Assembly: GCF_004010195.1 (NCBI RefSeq)
Contig: NW_025213507.1
Span: 1-33,787 of the forward strand
DNA length: 33,787 bases
Reading direction: 5' to 3'
Origin: Chiloscyllium plagiosum
Lineage: Eukaryota
A program made the translations under genes and the position numbers. The notes below the pieces were generated by a model, which saw only the letters and a list, made by a program, of their open reading frames with translations, made no database searches and had not been told where the DNA came from. This document shows, in pieces, positions 1-11,263 of the stretch (its first letter is position 1; every line of letters begins with the position of its first letter).

Positions 1-295
1 ATTGATACGGATTACCTAAATGCAATATTTACAGCGTCAAACAAATTACACACGCACACAGCTCAGGTAAGGGTATTGTGCTGATTGAAACAAAACATCC
101 CCATCTGGTAGGATTCACTTTTGGGCTGGTCGGAATTGTTTCTTCTTTCTGTATATCTGTACATTGTTACTCTGCCTTCAGTTCAATATTCTTATCTCCT
201 CCTCTCTAATCTCTCAATTAACATTCTTCACTCTATGCTTCCAAAGGGCTAATGTTCATTGATTACATTTCACGGGCATTTTATGTAATTCCCAC

Positions 296-688
296 CTTTA
301 CAATTCTTGACTTCAGTTTTTTCCCCTCGTCTCGGGTTCGGGGTGATCAATAATCGACAGATGGGGTCATGGAGACACAGACGGAGAGAGAAATATAACG
401 ACGAGAAGACGCAATACACAGGATTTCTAAAGAAAGGACTGAACGTGGCTTTTGACATGAAAGACGAAGGTTCGTGCACCGTTTCGAGATGTTCTACGAT
501 GACTGTTCCACGTTGCAGTGTGTGCCCCAGTCAAGATTTTAGATTCTAAATGTGGATAAACGAACTGGATGTATAGCATTGATATTCCAGCAGTCATTGT
601 TTGGATACAGATGATACAAGTGAAGCATTGATAGCCAGAATGCAATCACTGTTGTCGTAACCTATTGTTACATCTAACCTAACGTCAT
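296..688 (-). pseudogene. Decayed Ig C2-set (+ possible TM) exon, CD2/SLAM-like
   Basis: Acceptor ttttcgttttcag| and donor aag|gtggga; 393 nt, phase 1-1. Reads DDVRLDVTIGYDNSDCILAINASLVSSVSKQ*LL (TGA at the expected Trp position). A shifted frame gives DWGTHCNVEQSS*NISK..LSCQK followed by hydrophobic VLSLEILCIASS. Multiple stops. Confidence 0.5.
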
Positions 689-876
689 CTGAAAACGAAA
701 ACGAATCATCTCGTTGTAAGATAATTGACCTGTATTGGGATTCACGATTTTTTAATTTTGAACACTTGAAATTTAGGCTCTGTAAATTATTGTATCTTGA
801 GTGACATTTAATTAGCATCGCAATTATGTTTTATGCAGATTTCGTCCCATCTCAATGTTATGAAAAGATTATGGAC

Positions 877-1267
877 CTTGCAGAAAGCTTCAATAAATTT
901 ATCTTTATCGTTATATTGAACGTCTCATTCAAGCAGGCCAACAACGTTTGTCTTTCCCGAGGTGTTTCCTTCCAGTCAGACAAAGGAATAGTAATTGAGC
1001 CAGGTAAAGCTCACACAAATTCAACGTAATTACTTTGGTTCTCTTGATGGCTTTTTCCAGGGTGTCTGAGCTGAAAGGGTGAATTATCTGTTCCTGGAGT
1101 GAGGGCTGAGACAACATGGCTTCCTCTTCGAAATCAAAGGAGGAGAATGTTTCTTTTGGTGCTTCTTCTCCTGAACTTGATATAAACAGCTGATAAAAAT
1201 ATTACATGTGTTCACGAATTCACTTGCAAAAGGCATGTTTATGGTGAAGTTGGTCACAGTGAAAGAG
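877..1267 (-). pseudogene. Decayed Ig V-set exon, upstream partner of 296-688
   Basis: Candidate acceptors at 1268 and about 1190. Reads *IREHM*FLSAVYIKF...NILLL*FRRGSHVV...YVEFV*ALPGSITIPLSDW...TIKINLLK, resembling the VEF..GSL.I and terminal I.L.V motifs of CD2/HEPACAM V domains. The donor is weak. Confidence 0.35.
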
Positions 1268-1674
1268 CTGACGGCGAGTGCTTGGACAATATATTACCTT
1301 GTTAAGTATGTCAAAGATTTAGAGTTCTACTAAATCGTTTTGTGTGTGTTTGTGTTATTTTAGCTGTGCTGTAAACATACTGCATGTTTTGCTGAAAGCT
1401 TTGTGATAGACATATCGAATCACACATAGTTTCCAGCGCATGACTTTTGCATTTCAGAAAGTACAAAAGTTAGGGTCATGCCACCGCATAAAATGCTTTG
1501 TACTAAGCTGGGTTGGGGGCAGTTGGGATCTGGTTTGATTTCTTCCATAATAAAATAAAGGGTAAGCAATCTTCTGCCTTTCAACGAAGTCATTCAGGTA
1601 TGATCACACGACGAGAGCAGAAACAAGGAAATCACTACATTTTCACTCATCTCTCTCACACTGTATAGTCAAAT

Positions 1675-2165
1675 ATTGTGGTGCTGATAAACGTCTGCAG
1701 ATCAAGCAGCGTCTGAAGAGCGGTAGAGTTGCTGTTTTGCGCATAAGCTCTTAATCAGGAACGTAGGAGATGGAAACAAGGAGTTAAGAGATAAATGGGA
1801 GGGGCTGAGTCCTGTGATATGGCAGTGAGGAAGTCGAGAGATGTTCATAGATGTTGGTAGATAGCGGTGTCAGACTGGAGCGGAGGATGCAGTGGACAGG
1901 TGCAAAGGAAGTTGAAAAGCTCGGACAGTCCAAGTGAGCGATCACAAGAGGGAGGGTTGGATCCTGGATTAGGTGGTGTGAGTGGAAATGAGTAAACTGG
2001 TGAAATAGACATTGATTCACGTGTAGTTGGAGATTCACAAGGTGGAAGACAAGTAGTTCTTCCTCCAGGTGACGACTCGTTAAGCTTTGGTGGTGGAGGA
2101 AGCAAAGGACTTGCATTTCCTTGGGAAGTGAGGGGAGTGAAGTGGTCAGACACAGGCGGTGAGGT
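1675..2165 (-). mobile_element. Penelope-like element 3' fragment (degraded)
   Basis: Minus-strand RHLEEELLVFHLVNLQLHVNQCLFHQF matches the GIY-YIG C-terminus of the 17348 copy. It is followed by the C-rich tail and a degenerate hammerhead (ttcctgattaagagcttatgcgcaaaac). Confidence 0.75.
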
Positions 2166-2239
2166 GTACGCACGAAAGAAAACTGCAACTCTGTGGCAGT
2201 ATACAGTAAAATCCTCTCCCGTTTCAACAAAGACTTGAC

Positions 2240-2660
2240 ACTCCTAGATGTCCTCCACCGGCACCCTTCAGGAACAACATCTTATCTTCTTCATTGGGAC
2301 ACTCAAAATATAAGAAATATTTTTATATAGATAGAAACATATAAAATTACGTTTTTTTAAAAAAACCCGACACTTTATGCCAGAACCAAACTTTCATCTG
2401 AACATCATCTTCTTGAAATGTCCATCATCAGTACCACCTATCTGCTGCACCCTCCCCTCTGATAAATCACCATATCCCAACACCTTCATCTCCAACATTC
2501 GCCTTTCTAGCTACCATCCTCCATCCAAATCTCCCTTCCAATTATCTATCCATTAGCCCCCTTACCCCCAAAGTCGAGTGCCCTGCTCCACACATGCTGC
2601 CTGACATGTGTCCATTCCAACGCCAGACTGTTTCACTCTGATCGCCTGCATCCTTACTGA
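2240..2660 (+). mobile_element. Penelope-like element 3' fragment, inverted relative to 1675-2165
   Basis: tcctccaccggcac...ggaacaacatcttatcttcttcattgggacactc, a C-rich tract and the atgctgcctgacatgtgtccattcca tail, all similar to 17730-18200. Interrupted by an AT-rich patch at about 2310-2400. Confidence 0.6.
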
Positions 2661-3339
2661 ATACTTTCTCCTCATCGATGTTTCGTACGACAAGGACGTT
2701 TGTCATAGTAAGCAGCCATATTGCTTGAAGAAACGACTGTCAGGTATTAATGTTAAATCTTAAAATAATTCGGCCACTAACAGAAACAAGCTTCCAAAGC
2801 ACCTTTAATCTCTCAGGCTGCTGCATTATTCCACACCTGTCACTTATTCTATTTTAAATTAGATTCGTCACTCGTTTACGCCCTCATCAATGTTCCATGC
2901 ACATGGACGACACCTCATCTATCATCTTATTCCGTCAAAGGATACATGTAGCAACACATGGAAACCACTATCATTTCTTGGGAGAGTGAAACAACGGGGG
3001 GTGTGGGTGGCAGTACGGGAGCTTGGTGTGCAGTGTGGTTCATTTTGGAAGTGAAATTCAAACAATATGTCCTTTCTCCAGTTGTAGCTTAACACCCCAG
3101 CAGCCGTTTCTCATTCGAAGCCATCCTTACCAAAAAAAGGACAGTCTGATGAAAGTCTCAGATTTGAGATGAATGGCAGTGATTCAAACATTACCAATTG
3201 GTACACCGCACCAAATTGTAATTTTACTATTATGAATCAAGATTATAAATCAATCACCTAAGGGATGACCTCTCAACTGGTAAAAGCTGGGATAATACTT
3301 ATGTTCAGTACTCCATTGTATGTTAGATTTCGACTTTAG

Positions 3340-3640
3340 GAAAAACAATAAAAACTAGGTTCAGAGGAATGGCCAGGGATTGAGTTCTGTTCAAAGTTAG
3401 CATCGCATTTCACGTAGATTTAGAATTGCCTGTTGGATAAACAAGAACACGATTTTGAATTCCAGGAAGGAGGTCGGCGAGTTTTATATTTTGGATTTTG
3501 GATGAATCACAATTATATATTACTCTTTGATTGGGTGTTGGCATAAAATTCAGTCTTGAATTCATAGAGATGATTTTAATTCGTATTAAGGCAGAAATAA
3601 GGATCAAAAAGATTTCTAGTTATAATTTTAACATTGTTTC
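3340..3640 (+). pseudogene. Possible decayed Ig V-set exon
   Basis: Acceptor gactttag|. Phase-1 frame gives GKTIKTRFRGMARD*VLFKVSI (G..G.SVLF.V-like); other frames give RIACWINK and NHNYILLFD...*NSVLN. No clear donor. Confidence 0.3.
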
Positions 3641-3714
3641 TCTTTAATGCTGGGTTTCGACGATGGATAGATTTGCACTTTTGAAAGAACATGCATCTTC
3701 TCCGAAAGGGCAAT

Positions 3715-3928
3715 GTGAGGACTTCAGATGGTGGAGATCAGAGTCTTGAGTCTGTTGCTGGAAATGCACTGCAGGTCAGGCAGCATCCGGGGTGCAGGAC
3801 AATCGAATTTCTTGGCTCAAACCTAACGTCAGGAATTCCTAATAAAAGGCTTTTTACCGAAACGTCGATTATCCTGCTCTTCTGATATTGCCTGTGCCAC
3901 AGTGATTTTTCAAACATCACACTCTCGA
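3715..3928. mobile_element. Head-to-head inverted pair of Penelope 3'-end (hammerhead) units
   Basis: The minus copy (3715-3835) and plus copy (3836-3928) meet at the palindrome aggaattcct. The plus copy has ctaataaaaggctttttaccgaaacgtcgat, a degenerate hammerhead. Confidence 0.75.
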
Positions 3929-3999
3929 AAACTATTCAGACGGGTAGGTTAAGAGTTCAGCATGTAACATGGAGTTGTACTTTGTCCGTTTTGGTGTTA

Positions 4000-4391
4000 T
4001 TCTAATACACAATGTTAGGTTTGATTGCAAGGAAATTTGTATGTTGTAAGCAGTGCAAGGCAACTATTTATGAACGAGTGAGATGCTACCGAAAGTACAG
4101 GGACAGTGTGGAAGCATTTGTCAAGAAAGCAGAGCATTTGATGAGAAGGTGTGCCGAAGTTGAAAACAAATTTGTTCCAGATAACGTTCATTCAAGGACC
4201 TTGAAAAAGGTAGTTGAGGGAAATATATAGTTTAAAGGAATTATGCTTTTTTAAAAATTAACAGAAGTTGGGGTGGTGCCAGAATATTGGAATATTGCAA
4301 CTGTATTACTGAAAAGAGGCAGCAAAAGTAAAATCCGAAATTACAGGCTGGAATCACGACAGAAATTATAAATCAGGAAAGATTTGTTCAT
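4000..4391 (+). mobile_element. CR1-type LINE ORF2 fragment (very degraded)
   Basis: ccagataacgttcattcaaggaccttgaaa...gtggtgccagaatattggaatattgcaactgt...ccgaaattacaggc corresponds to the PGPD.IHPR.L / VPEDW..ANV / PGNYRP motifs. Confidence 0.7.
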
Positions 4392-5376
4392 NNNNNNNNN
4401 NNNNNNNNNNNNNNNNNNNNNNNNNNNNNNNNNNNNNNNNNNNNNNNNNNNNNNNNNNNNNNNNNNNNNNNNNNNNNNNNNNNNNNNNNNNNNNNNNNNN
4501 NNNNNNNNNNNNNNNNNNNNNNNNNNNNNNNNNNNNNNNNNNNNNNNNNNNNNNNNNNNNNNNNNNNNNNNNNNNNNNNNNNNNNNNNNNNNNNNNNNNN
4601 NNNNNNNNNNNNNNNNNNNNNNNNNNNNNNNNNNNNNNNNNNNNNNNNNNNNNNNNNNNNNNNNNNNNNNNNNNNNNNNNNNNNNNNNNNNNNNNNNNNN
4701 NNNNNNNNNNNNNNNNNNNNNNNNNNNNNNNNNNNNNNNNNNNNNNNNNNNNNNNNNNNNNNNNNNNNNNNNNNNNNNNNNNNNNNNNNNNNNNNNNNNN
4801 NNNNNNNNNNNNNNNNNNNNNNNNNNNNNNNNNNNNNNNNNNNNNNNNNNNNNNNNNNNNNNNNNNNNNNNNNNNNNNNNNNNNNNNNNNNNNNNNNNNN
4901 NNNNNNNNNNNNNNNNNNNNNNNNNNNNNNNNNNNNNNNNNNNNNNNNNNNNNNNNNNNNNNNNNNNNNNNNNNNNNNNNNNNNNNNNNNNNNNNNNNNN
5001 NNNNNNNNNNNNNNNNNNNNNNNNNNNNNNNNNNNNNNNNNNNNNNNNNNNNNNNNNNNNNNNNNNNNNNNNNNNNNNNNNNNNNNNNNNNNNNNNNNNN
5101 NNNNNNNNNNNNNNNNNNNNNNNNNNNNNNNNNNNNNNNNNNNNNNNNNNNNNNNNNNNNNNNNNNNNNNNNNNNNNNNNNNNNNNNNNNNNNNNNNNNN
5201 NNNNNNNNNNNNNNNNNNNNNNNNNNNNNNNNNNNNNNNNNNNNNNNNNNNNNNNNNNNNNNNNNNNNNNNNNNNNNNNNNNNNNNNNNNNNNNNNNNNN
5301 NNNNNNNNNNNNNNNNNNNNNNNNNNNNNNNNNNNNNNNNNNNNNNNNNNNNNNNNNNNNNNNNNNNNNNNNNNNN
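4392..5376. other. Assembly gap (N run)
   Basis: About 985 Ns. Smaller gaps at 11211-11263, 16734-16976, 25402-25420, 25905-26032 and 31737-31813. Confidence 0.99.
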
Positions 5377-5489
5377 CAAAGCTCATTGAACTCTCCGTTT
5401 CAGCGTCTTTACACTTATCTTTGATGTTCTGACCCCTCAGTCTGTAACGGATGTGACTATTTAAATTCATGTGGCGAAGAGTCAGAGCG

Positions 5490-5905
5490 TTCGGCAGCAA
5501 AACTAAAATAAATGGGAGCAATTGTATTGAAATCACAACAAAGTAATTATTTCACATTCATCCAAGATCAGTGTTATAGATTGGCTTTATATAGCAGAAC
5601 CACGGAACGTTGTCAGTTACATATCCAAATTCCTGTGAAAGCTAGTGAGGTATTTTTTTTTAAAAGGATAAATAAAAACGCTGATTGTTGTGAGACCTGC
5701 AGCTTCAGTTCTCTCAGTACAATATTTTGGGCTTTGACAGTGATAAAGAAAAGGTCAAAAGTCGTTCAAAGGTGAAATTAACGTTGACTCAAACACAATA
5801 TTGTGTGGGTACCCGACGAAGAGCTTGGACAACAGTAGACATGTACACATGTACAACAGACAACAGTGAAATGGTAAAAAATATAAGTTTAAGAATCCGC
5901 TGTCG
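5490..5905 (+). pseudogene. Decayed Ig V-end joined directly to a C2 domain (HEPACAM/CD2-like)
   Basis: KINGS/IVLKSQQSNYFTF...CQLHIQIPVKASEVFF...NADCCETCSFSSLSTIFW, then after a frameshift KLTLTQ...VDMYTCTTDNSEMVKNISLRI (D.YTC..N F-strand motif). Confidence 0.55.
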
Positions 5906-6189
5906 TATTGGATCTGCCATTTCCAAAGGCAGAAGGTACTGACTGGTACAAGTCGAAAGGCCACATTTTTCAAGGACATGATCAGTATCATCGCAAAGTT
6001 AAGTGCAAGTGAAAGATCGAAGCAATATAAATATTTTTGATCAATTCACTGTGACAATAATGCAGAAGCATCACTCGGATTTGGTTTATCATTTGTTTAC
6101 ACATTCAAAAATCTCTGGTGAAGAAGAGTGTCAGCAATAAGTATGAAATAACAAAATATCTTAAAACAATTTCAAATGGTGGTTTCATC

Positions 6190-6480
6190 GTACACAAGTC
6201 CCAGACGGTAAAAGCTGAGCCATTCGTGTTCAGGGACCTTCATGGCGGTGTTTTGACAGCTTCTGGAAGAGAATGGTCTGCTCAAAATATTTGAACATAT
6301 TTCATAATTAGTAGCTGGAAGCAACTAAGTTAATGCCGTTTATTCTGATTTCCACAATCCTCACAAGTTACAACAAAAGAGAAGGGAGAAGTTAAAATGA
6401 ACTGATGGTCATGTGTTTTGAAACTCAACACAGCTTGTCATGCGTAAAGGAATTCTAAGGAATGGCGATGAGTTCATTGT
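6190..6480 (+). mobile_element. Old CR1-like RT fragment
   Basis: ggtctgctcaaaatatttgaacat...gttaatgccgtttattctgatttccacaatcctcac resembles SCLTNLLEF...VDVVYLDFQK..PH. Confidence 0.4.
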
Positions 6481-6863
6481 CCTTTGCAATTTTCATAAAC
6501 AGTATGGCTATGAAAAGTAGAAACACATCATCAAAATAAACAGACATATAAAACATTGAAATTATGCATAATACGAAGAGATTTGTAACGTGTTCCAAGA
6601 ACGAAAGTTCAACATTCTACCTTGCAATTTGCAGATATATGAAATAGAAAGAGGCGCACTACATTCAGATCGCAAAGGTTGCTCTGTCATTCATGTGGTA
6701 CTTGGCTGATCTGGTTGCAACTCAGATCCACATTCCCAAATTCCCTTGTTCAACTAGATATTATTCCCATTTACCTTAAAAATAGTTAATCATGTCATCG
6801 GAGAGTCAAACAGAAATATTGATGACATACGAGGGTAAAAGAAATCATGTTTTTCTTAACGAG

Positions 6864-7238
6864 TGTTCGTCCAATATCCAAACAGTGTTAATCGGTTCTA
6901 GATGCGTCGGAAAGTGAAAATGTTCTCTTCACCTTTATTATTTTAAACTGCCATCAGGGCAGTGCACGTTTCAATCAAGACGTTTTAATGCCAGTAATCT
7001 CAGAGTTAGATCACATCTTAATGCGGTACGGAAAAGCTTAGTCTGCAATCTTTTTTCCCTAAAATATAGAGCCCGCTCATTTCAGGTAATATTCTGTTAA
7101 AACATATTGAACTATTTCCTTCCTTGAATAAGGTGAACAATATAAGTCCAGTCCTCCTGTTGTAGTCTCATCAACGTATTCTTTGGCTCCAGATTTCAAT
7201 ATGATAAAATAAGATTCAACATATGTTTTGCTAATACA
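6864..7238 (+). pseudogene. Decayed Ig V-set exon
   Basis: Acceptor tttttcttaacgag| and donor aca|gtgagt; 375 nt. Reads VLDASESENVLFTFII...GSARFNQ, then (shifted frames) KYRAR / SGNILLKHIELF, ending DSTYVLLI. Confidence 0.5.
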
Positions 7239-7339
7239 GTGAGTATCACGCTGGAAATAAATCTGCACTGTTCCCAGCATCGACATGCGATTGCAAAAAA
7301 TTAGACTGTTAAAGAAATTGTACACTTTGCCTGCGTTTC

Positions 7340-8195
7340 AGAAGCAGTTTAATATAAAACACGTTAAAAACTTGGGACTGCATCAATACATTATTTGAAC
7401 GTGCTATATATCGCTTCAGCAACAAATAACCAGAAAAAGCAGAAGTGTATCTATACAGCGTTATCCAGAAATACGGGTAACCAATAAACACAATCCACCA
7501 CTTCCTCAATAACAAACACAAACAAGTAGACACAACACAAACAAAATCTATAGCTACATTACCTTAATTCAAAGGCATATCGGAAATTGCATCCTGACCA
7601 CTCAGACGCCTTGGCATCCTGGGAGATCATAAACCTTCCAACACACTTAAATTTTCGACTGATGAGCCGAACGGAGTCATTAGATACCACTAGCAAAACT
7701 AACGTTATTTACGAGATACCATGCAAGAACTGTAGAAACACACACTACATCGGACAAATTAGCAGGGAACTGGCCACCAGGATACATGAACAACAAATGG
7801 CCACCAAAAATAAGACCACTATCATTAGTTTTCATACATACAGGCATAGAACGACACCACAATGTCTGGGAAAGCACACATACACCACAAGACAGACACA
7901 AGGAAGATCTGCATCTAAATTCTTAGAGGCATGGCATTCTCACCAGAACTGAATCAGTGAACGCATATGAATATCGACCTGATGTACGTTCCCTTGAAAG
8001 AATGAACGGGAAATGACATTACCCACCTTAAGGATCGAAGACCTGTAAAACGGAAGGCTGGACATACCACCACAGCTTCCCCAGAGAATCTCACTAAAAA
8101 TGTTCCCTACTTTATAGTTGCAAAATCTCTGAAAACAAACTATCAAGCTCAGCGACCCTCCTTACATACTTGTCATCAATCTGAGCATCAGGTCT
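7340..8195 (+). mobile_element. Penelope-like element (RT C-terminus + GIY-YIG), second family
   Basis: KTNVIYEIPCKNCRNTHYIGQISRELATRIHEQQ...KFLEAWHS is a GIY-YIG endonuclease. The upstream NGYP..T-type region is frameshifted. Confidence 0.9.
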
Positions 8196-8537
8196 TCTCA
8201 AATATCGGTAGCATCAGATAATAGAGAGGTATGTCTGAGGAAGTGCTAACTCCTGAAGAATGCTGCATATGCTTGCATCCCAGCCATTGCTGCTAATTTC
8301 TGGTGAATGAATTAAATGCAGCTAGTACAGCTTTGTTGCATTTTTGGCATGGTTTTGCACAATCACGCCCAGTGCTTTCATAAATACTGCATGGATCAGA
8401 GAAACAATGCCATCTCGTTGTCAATACAGATGTAGGAAAGATGCCAGAAATGCAGTTGCACTCGGGCTACATGAAGATGGAGACTGTGAAGCGGTACATA
8501 TTGCTAATTCAAATCAGGACGGGACATATGCAATTAG

Positions 8538-8575
8538 ATTCCTGAAGAAGGGCTTATGCCCGAAACGTCGATTCT
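8538..8575 (+). ncRNA. Minimal type-I hammerhead ribozyme motif
   Basis: CTGAAGA-a-GGGC-ttat-GCCC-GAAA-CGTC: CUGANGA core, stem II hairpin, GAAA and GUC cleavage triplet. Confidence 0.75.
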
Positions 8576-8630
8576 CCTGTTCCCTGGATGCTGCCTGACC
8601 TGCTGCGCTTTTCCAGCAACACATTTCCAG
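8538..8630 (+). mobile_element. 93-bp Penelope-end insertion with a 13-bp target-site duplication
   Basis: catatgcaattag at 8525-8537 and again at 8631-8643 flanks a unit near-identical in layout to 18081-18165. Confidence 0.9.
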
Positions 8631-9553
8631 CATATGCAATTAGTGGCAGGGTCTTAGGGAGTTTTTCCAGGCTTGGGGAACATGCAGTGCAGGTTCATAG
8701 ATTTTTGAAGGTGATGCAGCAGGCAGACTTGAATATTGTCATCGGAATGCCATTTTGCCGCTCTGCACGACATTGATTCGGCCGCTTTTGGAGTACTGCT
8801 TTTAGGTTTTGTCTCTGTGCTTTGAAATGATTGTGCTCAATCCGAAAGGATGCAGAATTGATTCACATGGACGCCTCCAAGACTGGAGGGTTTCAGCTCG
8901 AGGGAGCGGCTGAATAAACTGGGCTGGGGTGTCGGAGTATCAGGGGTCCCGTGTCGAAGTTTCTAAAATCGTGATGGGGCATGGATAGCTGAAGTATTTT
9001 TTCCAAGCATAAGTGAGCCCAAAACATTAGAACATGCCTTTAAGGTGAGGGACGATTTTATACGGTCCTTACGAAATGCTTTTTCATGCAGAGTATGGTG
9101 CATCTATGGAATGACGTGCTAGAGGAAGTGGTGGAGGCACATTTAAATATATCTTTTAAAATGGCATCTGGGTATTTGCATATTGTTTCCTGAAAGATGG
9201 CAGAATTTCATTCTAGAACATTTGTCTGCTCGTATGTAGCTGCGTCAATGGCCTTTAATTTATACCACTGCGCTTTATCCGCCTCTGGTCAAAACCAATC
9301 AGACGCTTGACTACTTAGGAAGATGTTATGGAAGAGAAGACGAGACGATTACATTGGAAACCAATGGTTGCCAGTTAAGAAATAATACAACTAGCTGACT
9401 GAGTGTATTGCTTTCTCTTGAAAAGGAAATCGATATTAAATTATCTCTTTTTCATCCCTGTGGAGGGATAGTAACTTGACTGCATTCGAAACATCACCTC
9501 TTCGAAACTAAAAAGCAGCTCAGTGCAATCTGAAATTCCTGATTAAAACACAG

Positions 9554-9868
9554 ATAGTCGAACATTTACCAAACTGGCAGAGGTTCCAATCGTGATAATT
9601 CGAGGAACAGAATATTAAACATGCAGGTGCTTCAGAAGTCTACGAACTGGAGAATGTAAAAGGTATAAAATTCGAAGCTGATCTGGGAAAGATGGCAGAT
9701 ATATCATTGGTCAAGTGCTGAAAGGACCGACAATGACACTTCCACTTTCGAAGAAACTGCCTTCCAACACCACTATTGGAAGTGCTTGCACATCCAGCTA
9801 TGTTTCATCAAAACAAGTGCTTCTACTTCTGAAGAAATTTCTGATGCGAATATATTTATTAAATGGTT
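9554..9868 (+). pseudogene. Decayed Ig C2-set exon (likely partner of V exon 6864-7238)
   Basis: acacag| ... gtt|gtaagt; 315 nt, phase 1-1. Motifs across single-base shifts: KLAEVPIVII, SKLIW-KDGRYII (W.KDG), DNDTSTF, IGSACTSSYVSSK. Confidence 0.55.
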
Positions 9869-10537
9869 GTAAGTATTGTTCGGTATGCAACAATCTGTTG
9901 AATTCCTTCGTCTATATAGTCAGGGCCAATATAAAGTTCCTTCCATTACTTAACGTATTTGCCATGAAGCGTCCTTTGGCTCTTCGAGACAGAAGCTTGC
10001 CCTGATAAGGAATTGTGCAAATCTGCTATTTGGCTGGTGAAGGAGACTTCTCCCCAAATCTTGCATCGGGTGCTCTTGCTGGTGAGTCATTTTACCGTGG
10101 CAGTTGTGAATTAGTATAAAGTGAACATTTACTGGAACAAACAAATCAATTGTGTTTCTGCAAGATTCATATCTCTCTTTCAAAATGATTTGATACCTAT
10201 TTATATATTAAATGACTGAGTGAAAGATTTACTGAATGTTGAAACTGTCTTATAAGCTCATTTATGGATGTGTCTGGTGTATCACATTCATACTATTCAG
10301 TATGTCGGTCGTTCTCACATTTACATGATTATACTGAACGTGTTTACCTGCTAGCAGCAGGTATTTCTGTATTTGTTTTAGTCAGAAACTGGAATATGAA
10401 TAGTCTCGTCTGGTTGTCTTAGAGCGAACTTTGTGACAATAATGATTCTCACAAGAGGAAGATGCGGCCTTTCTAAATGTATCACTTTTTCCATGGTGTC
10501 AAAGGAAATAACAGGTCTATTGATGATTAACATCAAT

Positions 10538-10606
10538 ATGTTACTGTATCGTGTCTTCAGTTACCAGTTTACCCTTTCATTCTTGTCCCCCACAGCAGTC
10601 TGCAGG
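10538..10606 (+). pseudogene. Putative leader (signal peptide) exon
   Basis: ATG-initiated MLLYRVFSYQFTLSFLSPTAVCR, donor agg|gtaatt, and a 92-nt intron ending gcttccag before the V-like exon. It is phase 0 rather than the usual phase 1. Confidence 0.4.
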
Positions 10607-10698
10607 GTAATTTATATCTGACTGCTGTCGATCTTGATTTATATCTTTGATGCATTGTCTCCTTCACATTTGATCTACTTGCCGTGATTTGCTTCCAG

Positions 10699-11068
10699 AA
10701 GTTCCAATGTATTGCACAAAAACAATAGCAGTAATGTTTACAGCAACCTTTTTTTGGGGGTCTAACTCTGTTAAAGGAAATGCCAGTTTATTTTTTTTTA
10801 ATTCACACCTCGCCAAACATTTCATAAGGTGCAGTGGAGCGGTCGTCAAACAGCTTCACCTGCAGAAATAGCATTTGGTTTGTGTTACGCGGCCTCAGTC
10901 GTTTGGTTTCCATATTGTCTGATCATCCTGTTTAATTCAATGCAATTATGACGTATTTTAGTGGCCAATAGAACTCTTTCAGGACTCCAGTGTCGACGGA
11001 GTGAGAATCATAGCAATTGGGAGACTGAGAATGGAAGGAAACTCATCATTTTACTTCTATCTGTGACA
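10699..11068 (+). pseudogene. Decayed Ig V-set exon
   Basis: ttccag| ... aca|gtaagt; 370 nt. Reads NSVKGNASL, then (shift at poly-T) FTPRQTFHKVQWSG..AEIAFGLCYAASVVWFPYC...RILVANRTL...LIILLLSVT. Confidence 0.55.
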
Positions 11069-11263
11069 GTAAGTTTAATATTGCGTTGGTTCACAAATTC
11101 TGTCAGTGTTGTAATTAACATGTTACTATGCCCTATTTACTGCCAGGGTAACTATAACGGCCCTAGTTATATCTCAGTGAAACACGAGAATTCATTAAGA
11201 TTAGAGTGGTNNNNNNNNNNNNNNNNNNNNNNNNNNNNNNNNNNNNNNNNNNNNNNNNNNNNN

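Larger units (their letters stand above)
8400..9175 (+). mobile_element. CR1 LINE 3' fragment (interrupted by the 8538-8630 insert)
   Basis: gtgcaggttcatag, cggccgcttttggagtactg (RPLLEYC), ggggcatggatag and tggaatgacgtgctagaggaagtggtggaggc are typical CR1 3' motifs. Confidence 0.85.

Noticed and set aside
270..690. FIIND (NLRP1/CARD8-like) domain suggested by ATFSPF and KGGNYIKCP
   Set aside because: The motifs are scattered, and the YIKCP part lies beyond a good splice donor. Exon size, phase and other frames fit a C2-type Ig exon better.
839..1003. Open plus-strand 165-nt AG/GT-bounded segment with a faint C-type lectin look (SFKQANNVCLSRG)
   Set aside because: No other lectin exons or WIGL motif are present, and it overlaps the minus-strand V-like remnant. 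Probably chance.
4366..5536. Long ORFs of 337-382 aa
   Set aside because: They are artefacts of the N gap. The signal-peptide-like start at 5536 has no ATG and no donor.
5727..5991. RTE LINE fragment (IRCRIGSA..KATF)
   Set aside because: No other RTE motifs are present; DMYTCTTDN and the upstream C..W pattern fit an Ig C2 domain.
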